This document shows positions 24,013-34,742 of a stretch of DNA of 64,000 nucleotides, piece by piece. Within the stretch, counting starts at the first letter, position 1; each line of letters starts with the position of its first letter. Made by a program: the position numbers and the translations under genes. The stretch is from Microthyrium microscopicum (taxonomy: Eukaryota). The notes below the pieces were generated by a model. That model ran no database searches, was not told where the DNA came from, and was given only the letters and a program-made list of their open reading frames with translations. The stretch is from contig MU004231.1 of assembly GCA_010405405.1 (NCBI GenBank), positions 1,557,784 to 1,621,783 on the forward strand. Direction: 5' to 3'.

Positions 24013-27000
24013 TCAAAGCTCCACGCTATCAAAATCCAGCCATTCTGGCTCAAATCCTTGCGAAACTATGCTCGTAAATTCAATCTTATCTGTGTCCGCA
24101 TCCCATGCTGTATAACCAAGATAGTAGCAATCGTACATTTCCTCTGTCTTTTCAAAGCAGGGAAACGTCGCAGGAACCATTAACTTTTCTGCCAGCTGAG
24201 GAGGCAGTTCTTCGGATGGTCCTCCTACCCAACTGGCAACACAAGGTTCCAAGAACAACATACGCTCTCGAATACCTGCGATTGCAACAATCGATGCCAT
24301 TTTGGTTTGCGATGTGTACATGCACAAGACGAGGAGGTGCTTGTCGGGGTAGGCAGGACTCTCCGGGATCACTGAGGTTGGATACTCAACAGTGAAAGTC
24401 TCCCGAGCCAAAGCTTCCAAGTCATTGACAATAACTGCGCCGTGAAGGCGAAGCGCCAATTGTAGCTCTGCCGTAGCTTGTGAGGGATCTACGTACACCA
24501 CGGAATTGGCTAGTGGGCAGTTTAGAGCGCCAATTTTGCAGAGCTTGCAGTATCCTTCCTCTGGTGACGGTAATGCAGGCCATGTCTTGCGTGGTGAAGC
24601 GACTTTCGTTTGTGCTTTAGCTCGCTTGCGTAACGGAGACTTCTCAGGTGATGCTTGGCTCAGTTTTCGTTTCGATGCGGGTACGGTTTGCGACTTCTGG
24701 CTGTTGGAAGCATTGCTGAGCGGTTTGTTCTCTTTGAGCCCGTTTCGATTTAAATTTGGGCCCTTAGGGGCAGTGGCAGGAGAAATGTTCAGATGCATCA
24801 GTGGAGCAAGCCGGTCGTTAGTATCTTCGCGAACAAGAATGGGCGACTGAGTGAATTTCAGAGGAGATCGCCTTTTTGATTGCGTCGATCCTGGAGGTGT
24901 AGTTGTTGCCACAGAGGTGCGACTAGGCGTATCCTGGGGCGTGCTTGCCGAGATTTGGCTCAATTGCTCCTTCTCCCGTTTCGCATTGTATCGAGACTTG
25001 ATTGTTTGGTATATCCGGTCCATTTCTTGCGATTCGCCTTCCTTGGGACTTGACAAAGCCTCGCGAGCTTGCTCCTGCAACTCTTTAAATGTCACGGCAT
25101 TCTTCCAGGTACGGTCCAGATGTACACGTAAGATACGTGGATGTCGTAACATGTAGAAGGATGCGTTTGAAGGCTTGACAAAGCTGCTCCCGAGAACTTC
25201 AACAACAAATGGATCAGCAAACAAGGATGTCATGCCTGGAAATGCAGAATTGGTGTAGTTGAAGGGAGGTCCATTGTCTTCATCAGCCAAACGGAATTGA
25301 CCCAAACTGTTCAAAGTCTGTAGCTCGTTTTTGGGGATGCATTGATCGCAATTAATGCATCCTACGACTTGGTAGTTTGGAGAAGTGCCAAATCGTAGCT
25401 CATCGGGATTCAGGGTGCAGCCCAGGTAAAATGTTGTCCACTTCAAGCCCTTGACACCCGGCTGATTCGCGAGCTTTGGGTCAAAGCTGGCACCGATAAC
25501 AGCAAAGTCGGCCTCATCTCTCTCTCCATCAACGTCGTTCATGTAGTCCTTCTTGAGTTTTATATAGTAGTTTGGCATAGCTTCGCCAGTTTCCGCTGTA
25601 CTCAACGGGAAGTATGGCGCATCGGTTGGCTTGAGGACAAGGCCCTCCATTCGTCGAGCGACGCTGTCAATGAACTGATAAGCTAGTACCTGTCCTGACT
25701 GGCGAGTGGAAAAATCATGTATTTTCCATTCACTGGTAATTGCTCGGCCAGGTTTCTTTTGGATGAGAGCTTTAAGAGTTTGTCGTCTCTCAGAATGAGG
25801 TCGTGTCATTGTGATATTTTCATCTAGAAGTAAGACATCAAAGAAAATGACCATCAAATGCTCGTCAGCCTCAGGGAAGGAATCTTGATCAACGCCAAGA
25901 CGTCGTCCAGATCGAAAAACATGCTTGCGGATGTGGTGAAATTCGAGGATCTTATTCTTGTCGTCACTGAAGACTACCAGCTCTCCCAACACGATACAAC
26001 GCTTCTTGAATATGCAGTCCGGCTGCCCAAGCCGAAGAGCATCTCGAATAACTAAATGGGCGCTTTGGCGATCTTGTGTCGAGTCCTTTCCGCTTTTCGA
26101 GAAAATCTGGATAGGATTTCCGGAATCTAAGTCGATGTGAATCTCACAGTATTCACCATCATACTTTCGTTCGATACTCCACCGCTTCGCCTTGGTCATC
26201 TTGACGCAATGATCTAGGGATCGAGCTTTGAAGAAATTGGGCCGGCCAACTTTGACGCCAATCTGGGGTTCCAGATGCTTCGCAGCTTCTTGTCTAAACT
26301 TCTTCCGAGCTTCAAAGCTTGGAGCAGCGTCATATGGGGCCAGTGGACCACGTAGAAGGGCCAGTGCCGAAGAAAAGTTATCCTGGAATCGGAGAAGGTC
26401 CGGTAGAAGGAAATGATAATTTCGCAGTATTATATAGTCATTTAGAACGACCGGCGAGAAGTTCTTGAGAATGAGCCGTGTCATCCATTTGGCCTCGGAT
26501 GAACTCAGACGAAGATATATCTGCCCAAGCAACTCATCGGGTTTTTGAGATGGACCAGTCTTGGTTTTTCGAACTTCTGGTGATGAGAACCGACACTGGC
26601 TTGCCAATTGAAGCAGCGTTTGGTCAATGAGCTCAATTGTTACTGGGGGCTTTGCTTTGGGTTCTGCATCAAAGACCTTTAACACGCGCTCAATGCATGC
26701 GCCCAAGTCCCCATTTCCAGGTTTGTTCCAGTCTTGAAGTTCCAATGTCTTTTGGGCGCCAAGGCGTAGACTTCGTGGAAGCACTCGGATCAACCGAGGC
26801 TCTTGAAGACCATATACACGATCTGTTCGTCTCTCTGGGAGAAGGCAAGACAAAAAGGCTTCGCCATTGGTGTCTTGCGCGTTGATGGCTTTTCTATGGC
26901 TTGTGAACCATTTGTCGATCGTGTCGCGTTGTCTTTGCTCTCTATCTTTGGGTAGTAGTGGAGGATCGCGAGTGCAAATGGCCTCTAAAGATGTTAGGAG

Positions 27001-27030
27001 CTCACAAACCAGCTTGAATTGGAATGCCAT
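24013..27030 (-). CDS. ATP-dependent DNA ligase, Lig4-like paralogue, intronless
   Basis: First ATG at 27030 (MAFQFKLVCELL). DNA-binding domain 'LSCLLPERRTDRVYGLQ', motif I 'ERKYDGEYC', 'IFSKSGKDST', 'LGEL', 'FFDVL', 'EGLVLK', 'YIKLKKDY', OB-fold 'LRHPR'. Confidence 0.9.
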   Translation of the reverse strand: MAFQFKLVCELLTSLEAICTRDPPLLPKDREQRQRDTIDKWFTSHRKAINAQDTNGEAFLSCLLPERRTDRVYGLQEPRLIRVLPRSLRLGAQKTLELQDWNKPGNGDLGACIERVLKVFDAEPKAKPPVTIELIDQTLLQLASQCRFSSPEVRKTKTGPSQKPDELLGQIYLRLSSSEAKWMTRLILKNFSPVVLNDYIILRNYHFLLPDLLRFQDNFSSALALLRGPLAPYDAAPSFEARKKFRQEAAKHLEPQIGVKVGRPNFFKARSLDHCVKMTKAKRWSIERKYDGEYCEIHIDLDSGNPIQIFSKSGKDSTQDRQSAHLVIRDALRLGQPDCIFKKRCIVLGELVVFSDDKNKILEFHHIRKHVFRSGRRLGVDQDSFPEADEHLMVIFFDVLLLDENITMTRPHSERRQTLKALIQKKPGRAITSEWKIHDFSTRQSGQVLAYQFIDSVARRMEGLVLKPTDAPYFPLSTAETGEAMPNYYIKLKKDYMNDVDGERDEADFAVIGASFDPKLANQPGVKGLKWTTFYLGCTLNPDELRFGTSPNYQVVGCINCDQCIPKNELQTLNSLGQFRLADEDNGPPFNYTNSAFPGMTSLFADPFVVEVLGSSFVKPSNASFYMLRHPRILRVHLDRTWKNAVTFKELQEQAREALSSPKEGESQEMDRIYQTIKSRYNAKREKEQLSQISASTPQDTPSRTSVATTTPPGSTQSKRRSPLKFTQSPILVREDTNDRLAPLMHLNISPATAPKGPNLNRNGLKENKPLSNASNSQKSQTVPASKRKLSQASPEKSPLRKRAKAQTKVASPRKTWPALPSPEEGYCKLCKIGALNCPLANSVVYVDPSQATAELQLALRLHGAVIVNDLEALARETFTVEYPTSVIPESPAYPDKHLLVLCMYTSQTKMASIVAIAGIRERMLFLEPCVASWVGGPSEELPPQLAEKLMVPATFPCFEKTEEMYDCYYLGYTAWDADTDKIEFTSIVSQGFEPEWLDFDSVEL

Positions 27031-27548
27031 TTTTCGCGTTGGTGAGGAGTTTGCATTGTGTTCCAAGCCATAGTTATGAGAATTGCGAGAAGTTCTTCAT
27101 CGCAGAGCAAAGTGAATAACGATGGAGATCACGCCGTCGCGAGGTGGTGTTTGTCTGTTTGAGGCGCTTTCTTCGTGGTTAGCGCGATGCCCTTTATCCC
27201 TTCCTTCCCCTTTTGGGAAGGATAGCCGAAGTCCTTGCTCACTGCTTCACTGTACGACACCTTGATCTTACCGCACCTCTTCACGCGTTTGGACCGCAAT
27301 TACCGCGCATCAATATATCCGCTTTCAACCAAGCCCGTTTGGAGGCGATGGGAAAGAGCAAGGGGTGAAGAACGATCCTCAAAGCTTGAAGCCGATGGCA
27401 GGGCGAGATACCAGCAAAACAATGCTTTGTACTGATCCTGATAGACAAAGAATTGACTAAAGTATGTATTCAAATTGATCAAAAGACCTCCAGCTCTTTC
27501 TAAATACGTCCAGTACAGCCAATTGTAACGCCTTCGCCATGAGTCTAT

Positions 27549-29738
27549 CTACAGCTTTGCCTTCTCCGTCCGCTCCAACTCCTCAATCTTCGCAAATTGG
27601 TAATAAAAGTCCAGACTCTCAGGATTTGCCAACGTACTGCTCGCTTTGACTTTATGCCCGCTAACAATCTGTTTGACTGGCAGCTCAACCTTCTTTCCAT
27701 TGATTGTCTGAGGAATTCCTTTTGTTTCAAAAACATGCTTTGGGGCGTGTCGTTTACTAAGCTCTCTCCCAATTACTGCCTTGATCTCTTTCACCAGCGA
27801 TTCAGTGAATTTGTGACCAGGAGCCATCTGCAGGAATAGCAACACGGATTCATCATGGTCAGTAGGTCGACGCTGACCAACACAAATGCTATCCGTAACA
27901 TTTGGGAAGAAAGATTCTATGACAGAGTAGATCTCGGCGGATCCAAAACGCACACCAGATGGATTGAGAACACCATCTGCTCGGCCGAGGAAGAAGACTT
28001 GTTTGGTGACAGGATGGAATTGAACGAAATCGCCATGGGTCCAAACATCTGAATGGTGCGTCAGTCACTAAGGAATTCAACGATCTTATCAGTATCTTAC
28101 CGTCAAATCGAGCAAAGTACGAGTTATAGTACTTTTGAGCACCATCCGCGCCCCAAAACATCACTGGCATGTTTGGAAAGCTTTTTGTCGCCACAAGCTC
28201 ACCAGGAGTACCATCTTCAAGCTGTTGTCCTTTGACCCCTTTACCACCCTCAATGAGCTGGTCGTACACTGCTATAGGAGTACCGATGCTTGTTCCCTGA
28301 CAACCACCGACATATAGCGGCGTGATTTGGTTCTCCATGCCGAAACAGCCTGCCAGATCTGTGCCACCAGAAATATTGGCCAACTGAGCATGCTTAGGAA
28401 AGCCCACATCGTAGAACCACTCAAACAACGAGTCTTTGAGCACCATGCCAGTAGAAGTCACTGCCCGCAATGACGACAAATCGAACAGCTCTCGTGGCGA
28501 GACATTGTTCTTTTGTAGCTCGTGGAAGTACCGAGGGGAAACACCCAAGTTTGTGACTTTCTGATCTGCAACAAGTTGAAGAAAGGCTTTGAGATCAGGC
28601 TGGAATGGCGATCCATCGTAAAGCACTGAGCGAGCGCCAAACATCAAGCCCATGATTGCGGAGAGGTACATAATCCAGCCAGTCTATAGTCAGTTAGCGA
28701 AAGCGCCCAAGTGAAAGTCAGTATGATACTTACAGTGGTATATTGCAACCCAACCGTTGTTGGCCCCAAGTCTCTATGAATTCTTCCCTCCTTGAACGCA
28801 CTCGTCAAAACACCACCAGTAGAGTGTACAATGCACTTTGGTACGCCCGTTGTTCCACTCGAATATACCACCAAGAACGGATCCCGGTACTCAACTCTCT
28901 CAAACTTCAACTTCGCATTCCCACCCGCCGCCTTCAAGAACCGCCTCAACGAAATAGTCTTCGGCACCCAAGCAAGATCAACCTCCTGCGCAAATCTCGG
29001 AAGCGCAACAACCCCCTTGAACTCCTCAATACCCGCCATACCATTCACAATATCCACAATCTTCGGCCTCAGATCCGACGTGCGTCCATTATACACCGCC
29101 CAATCATCAATAAACACCCACACCGGATGAATCTGCAACAGACGATCCAGCACACCCTTCGTGCCCATATCCGTACTACTAGAACTAAACAGTCCACCCA
29201 CCGCCGTAATCGCCATAAACACAACAAGCGTATCAAACGAATTGCTAGCCACCACCGCCACGCGATCACCCTTGCGAACCCCATGAGCACGCATCGCATT
29301 ACTCAACAAACCCACCCGTCTACGCAATTCACCCCAAGTATAATCCCTAATCTCCGTCCCCCCCTCCCTCGCCTCCGTAACAGCAATCCTCCCATCCTCC
29401 TTATTCAGCGTCGTCTGCTCTCCAGTCTTCGACCCACGCGTAAAAAGCACATTTTCCGCAAAGTTTAGCCGCACGCCTTCATACCAGCGCGGCACACTGT
29501 CCATGCGCGCAGAAGTATCAACAGGCTGGGTATATGAGCCCTCGTGTATAATGTCCATCTCCTGCCATAGAAAGTCCCAAAAGTCATTGCGAGACTCGCT
29601 GATGGACCAGGCGTATAAGTCCTGGAAGGATTGCAGGTTGAGGGCGTATTTGGCGTTGGCGGACTGGATGAAGCGGTACATGCGTGTTGCTTCTGGGTTT
29701 GGGGGATCCCATAGTTTTCGGGGCATGTCGGTTGCCAT
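27549..29738 (-). CDS. Acetoacetyl-CoA synthetase (AMP-forming), 2 introns
   Basis: MATDMPRKLWDP, 'RLNFAEN', P-loop 'YSSGTTGVPKCIVH', 'NISGGTD', 'RFGSAEIY', 'TINGKKVELPVK', 'LANPESLDFY'. Confidence 0.93.
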
Positions 29739-30424
29739 GGTTGTATTGTATATGCTGAGTTTGTAAGAAGAATAGGGGTTATCGAATGTAAACAATTGGG
29801 ACGGTAGGATCTGTTCCTCGCTCTTTCTCACTCTTCGTATCAAGCAAGTATCAACCAAAACTTTCAAAGAAACAACAAGAAACGAACGATACTAGAATTT
29901 TTGGATCAAGTCCATACAATACAGCCGCCATATCTAAAATCTCCCAAGATCCCGAGGTCCCTGAGCTGCACAATGCAGCGCTAGCCAGCCCAAAAAGCCC
30001 ACAAAAGACGCTGCATGATTCCTCGGAAGCATTCGAGCCACTCACAAGCGGTCGACGGCAGAGAAAAGAGACTATTGCTAGAAACCTGCGGGGTTCGGCT
30101 ATGGTACCTTAGAGTAATGTTTAGAAGGGCATCCATTGTTCAGAGAAAGCTACCCCTACCTGTCAATCCTGCAGGTCGAAGAGGATAGAGTGGAGCTTCG
30201 TTACGCTAATGGAGATAATGGTGTTGAGAAATTGTAGAGCTTGATATCTGCTAGTTTTGTATGCTCATCGCTTGGATTGTTCAGTGCTCACTTCTTCCCA
30301 TGTTAACCATTAACTTCATCGAATCTTCCCAGCAAGAGAAACAGCAGGAGTAGAACAATCAAGCTTTCATGACATACTCCCCTTCCGTGGATCAACACCA
30401 CCCGAGAGGGGTAGTTGACCGTGC

Positions 30425-30730
30425 TTAAGGCGCAATATCAGACATTCCATGACAAGCAAGCTCCAGCCTGTGGTTCATTGCGTGGGCCCTGTCAAGCACC
30501 GTCAAAAAGCGTCTGATATACACCGCCGTTTCCCACATTGTAGTTGTATACGCGAACCAACCCCCACAAACCCATGGTAGCACACATAGCATCACTTTAC
30601 ACAGTCCGATATCGGAGCCAATGGAAATAAAGTAAAATATTAGCGTCATTGTTGCTGGTAAGAGTACGCCAAAAGTGAGTGACAAACTCCACAAACCAGA
30701 AACACCTAAGATTAAGGTAAGAATATACAA
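30425..30730 (-). CDS. Possible small membrane protein, start uncertain
   Basis: Hydrophobic ~100-aa ORF between two conserved genes. No family recognised. Confidence 0.35.
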   Translation of the reverse strand: MYILTLILGVSGLWSLSLTFGVLLPATMTLIFYFISIGSDIGLCKVMLCVLPWVCGGWFAYTTTMWETAVYIRRFLTVLDRAHAMNHRLELACHGMSDIAP

Positions 30731-31046
30731 ACAAGCCCAACTACTATATACAATATCGTCAGAAAGTTCTCGGAAAAAGTCCTCGTGCTAGATGAAAATG
30801 CAATGCAATTTGGTCAAGAACAACAGAAATGGAAACTACATTATCACCGCATCTTTTTCGACTTCGATGCAACACCTCTTCTTCATGATCACCGATACTT
30901 CTGACCCGTGTCGGCGTGGTTCGGCCTAGTCACACATTGCTCAATATCCGTTTTCGTAGAGCCAGAATGCTCATGCATGATGGTAAATTATGGGGTTTTG
31001 TTGTATGGTACCCAGCAAAGATCGTATTGCTTCTTGGCCGATTTCT

Positions 31047-33414
31047 CTATTTTATGCCGTTGGTAGGTGTGTTCAGGCCAGGACTGGAAGGGCCTGATCT
31101 ACCTCCGGCACCTTTCTTGAGTGTGAGAGGGAATGGGAAGTCTTCGGGGTCTTCTTCTTCACTGTGAAATCTGTTAGTAAGCTATCGAACAGCTCGCAGA
31201 ACTAAAACTTACGGAAGTTTCCATGCTATGTAATCTTCCGTGCTCAGACCCTCCATGCCTTCCAGGAGAGATGCGAAATCGCCTGGTGTCATCATTCCAG
31301 CTCGATCGCGTGGTGAACCGGGTTCAGACAGTGGTCTCGATATCTTTGGCTTGTGACCGCCAATTGTTGTGACCTCATCACCTTGGAATGCGCCAGGATA
31401 GGCTATACTTGATTAGCAATTGTCAAACGCGATATCGAAAATGTTCTTACCTCGCCGAAGAGCCAGCAAACGAGCTGTGTCGTACTCCTCATGCATGACC
31501 TTCCAGTCAAGAATGTCACTCAGACGCTCTGTTCGGTTTCGCATGTTGATTCGTTGGCGACGACTCTTTCGCGTAAAGTCAAACATGTAATCGGTTAACT
31601 GATTGACAGACTCATCGACCGACTTCATCCGACGATCCACAACATAGATACCGTAGTCTTCTGCGTTTTGAATCATTTCCTCCATGTAGCATCCAAATCC
31701 AGAAAGATTGGTTGAAATGCTTGGTACACCCATAACAGTACATTCCGCTGGTGTATATCCCCATGGCTCGTAGTATGATGCGAACACACCCATGTGGGTT
31801 CCCCGTACGAAATCATCGTAATCCAGCGGTAAGACAGGGTTGGCAGAATTGAGGAATTCGGGATGGAACACAATCTTGACGCGATCTGAAGGGTGGTTGA
31901 ATAGACCACAACGGCGGATTTGATTGAGAATTGGATCCTCGGCATCGTTGACCATGTTGTGAGTGACAACAGGAGGAAGAGCAGTACGCTTCATGGCAAA
32001 TAGGCGACGACGGAGCATGATCTTGTCAGCTGGGGAAATGAGATCTTTATCCTCAGGAAGATCATCACCCTCATGCCATACTAGAGATCGCTCAAACAGG
32101 CGAGTTGCCACATTGTTTGAGATCATGTTGATGGTGTCGTGCAACGATTTGATGACAGCTTGTCCCTTTAGCGACTCGACAGTCAACGATGATGTTTGTG
32201 CTGGCATGATGATGAAAGCAACTACAGTCATGTTGGAGTTGGTTTCCTTCATTTTGTGATTGAGCCGTGCCAACGACTCAATGTACATGTCGACACCTTT
32301 GTTTCGGTATTCGTATCGTCCAGCTGTGAAAAAATAGAGGGTATTGGCTGGGTCGAAATCATTTTGACCATAGAAATGACCACGGACGAAATCATGAATC
32401 TTGGCCTTGGCTTGCTGATGGAGATTCTGGAATTCGTGAGTTGCTGCGAATTTGGTTACGTTCATGCCGTTGGGAAGAACACCATCCGGTGGACGTTGGA
32501 GAAGATGTTCTGCTTCGTAAGCTGTGACATGAGAGACGGTTGTAAAGACATCAGAGGAATGTGCAGCGGCGCGTTCTATGCAGTACCGATGGTAGATTCC
32601 ACGACGTCCAGCTTCCTTGTCTAAATCGAAATTTTGAAGATTATTGTAGAAATCGACCGAGCCAGCACAAAGATATCGTCCAAGAAGAGTAGCGTGAGTG
32701 GTGAAGATGGTTGTCACATCAATGCGTCGTTTCTTGCAAAGGGGAAGAGCAACACCAGCTAGCCATTCGTGGAAATGGGCAATTACTGCGCGCTTCGTAT
32801 CGTGAACCACATACTACGGAAAGTTAGAAATTGTAAGCTGTGATCTTTGGAGTGGTTTCTTACCTCGCCAAGGAACCAAGCAATGAGGTATCCAAAAATG
32901 ATGGCTTCGTTGGACTCGTGGTCGCTGTCGGGACCAGGAATTCCAGCCACGTTCCACAGATCGGCCTTCCACTCATTTAAGAACCGATATGCAGAACCAG
33001 TGTCGAATAGTAGAACTCGTGGAGCTCCTTCAATAAGCCATCGACCATATAGAGTGGAAATGCCTCGATCATTCATGGACTTTATTGTTGCGGCTAGAGC
33101 CGGGTCTTTTGGCTCGAGTTGTTCAACCTCGACGGACGCCTGCACATCCCGGATTAGCTAAGAAACTCGATTTCGTGAGCATTGCTCATACCGAAGCTTT
33201 GTTCCATGGTCCAAGGAGGGTATAACGGGCTCCATACTGAGCAGTTGTATAGCGTGCCTTGGACTTAATAACCGAGTAAATTCCACCGACTGAAAAGATA
33301 ATTAGATATGAGCGCTAGTCGGTTGAAGGAGTAATTGGGCGTACCTCGATGAGCTACTTCGGTAGAGATTTCGAAGAGGATGTGATTGAAGACATCACGC
33401 TGAGTGGTTGCCAT
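31047..33414 (-). CDS. GSY1: Glycogen synthase (GT3), multi-exon
   Basis: [34 protein letters not shown], '[10 protein letters not shown]', 'TTHATLLGR', '[13 protein letters not shown]', '[17 protein letters not shown]', '[11 protein letters not shown]', final exon '[12 protein letters not shown]'. Confidence 0.97.
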
Positions 33415-33980
33415 AGCTGCAAGGAATGTAGCTTTTGATTGCAGAGCTATCAGCAGGACGCTAGGTAGCGAGCTTGCAAAAAGGGAATTAAGGTGTCCTC
33501 GAGCAAATAGACTCGGGAAAAGACTAGAGAGAGCTCAGGAAGTGGAAGTTGAGGATCTGTAGAAGCGAGCATGTCAGTAAAAGTTGTGTAATAGCGGCAG
33601 CGAACTCGAAAAGCATTGATGACGCACATTGATAGGACAAAGACCATGCACGTGTGCAGAGACAATGGGACTGTGGGACGATGCTTGGAAAGAGCACCCC
33701 ACAGAATAAGCTGTTGAACCAGTGGTGTGATTTCGGTGAGGAAGGAGGTTGAGAAGAGTAGGTTGTAGCAGGCGGCAACCAAGAGGACAGCAGAAGATGA
33801 TGTTTTCGAGGGTGGATTTACCTTGAGGCTTGTGGAGAAGGTTGGGAACTGGAGGCTCTTGTTGTGAAGATTGGCGTGGGAGTCTGGGAGTTGGTGGAGG
33901 TGGAGATGAAGGAAGGCGTGGCCCAAGCTCTTTTTCAACTTTCAAGCGACCTGGAGTCCGTGAGATTTTTAGTCTAGTCT

Positions 33981-33988
33981 GGTCTAGG
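33981..33988. repeat. Left target-site duplication GGTCTAGG
   Basis: The same 8-mer occurs at 63574-63581. Each copy directly abuts a terminal inverted repeat. Confidence 0.85.
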
Positions 33989-34082
33989 TTATCTCAGCCA
34001 ATCAGATCGCGCTAAGTCTCCACTAGCTGCGACGTAGTCACGTCTAAGGACAACTCGGAAAATTTTGCAGCGACTCGCTTCG
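33989..34082 (+). repeat. Left bipartite terminal inverted repeat
   Basis: TTATCTCAG at 33989-33997 and GTCTAAGGACAACTCGGAAAATTTTGCAGCGACTCGCTTCG at 34042-34082. By manual alignment the latter matches the reverse complement of 63477-63517 at 32 of 41 positions. Confidence 0.85.
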
Positions 34083-34549
34083 CAATTTTGTTATTTTTAT
34101 AAATAACTCAACACTATTATAATTATAGCCCCATAGCTTAAATTCGGTACTATTTAATCCCTATAGTTAGAAATCAGCTTTTTAATAAATCTATTTTTAT
34201 TTAGGATTAACGCGAAACCATAATATTTAACTATTCCTCCTAATATACCTAAAGACGTCTAACGTGTTTATATTTTAGTAAGCGCACATTTAACTATTAA
34301 CTACTAAATAACTACTACGGTATATATAATTTTATATATATAGATATACTTAAAACCGTTATCTATTTCAATCTAGTATGTTATTTTTAGGTTATTATTA
34401 TTAGTAGTAGTATATACTTTATTTTTATTCTACTAACTACTATATTATTACCTACCTAGTTAATTATTTCCTTATTATAGGATATATATATAAACTATTA
34501 AAGGGTCGTACTTAATAGATATTAAGAGTCTTCTAGTACTGTATATTAA

Positions 34550-34680
34550 TTAAGGTCTATAAGATATTAGTAAAATCTTTAATAAGCCTAACAAAGTTGT
34601 TACTTCTTATAAGATTTAGATAATGTTAGAAGATCTGTTAAGATATTAGAAGATCTATTAAGATATTAGAAGATCTATAG
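34550..34680 (+). repeat. 20-bp-period tandem array (AGATATTAGAAGATCTATTA)
   Basis: AGATCT at 34631, 34651 and 34671, with degenerate copies upstream. Confidence 0.8.
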
Positions 34681-34742
34681 TAATGTTTAATTGTTTTATC
34701 TATGCCTTACTGCTAATCTATTATACTTATTATATATTCTAG

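Noticed and set aside
33450..33945. ORFs upstream of GSY1 as proteins
   Set aside because: They are overlapping low-complexity frames with non-ATG starts in a 5'UTR/promoter-like region.
33972..33980. GTCTAGTCT (also at 63590-63598) as a 9-bp TSD
   Set aside because: It does not abut the inverted termini symmetrically. It is better explained as part of the pentamer tract split by the insertion.
34021..34025. CACTA terminus of a CMC/EnSpm element
   Set aside because: There is no matching TAGTG at the right end and no 3-bp TSD, and the motif lies inside the supported terminus.
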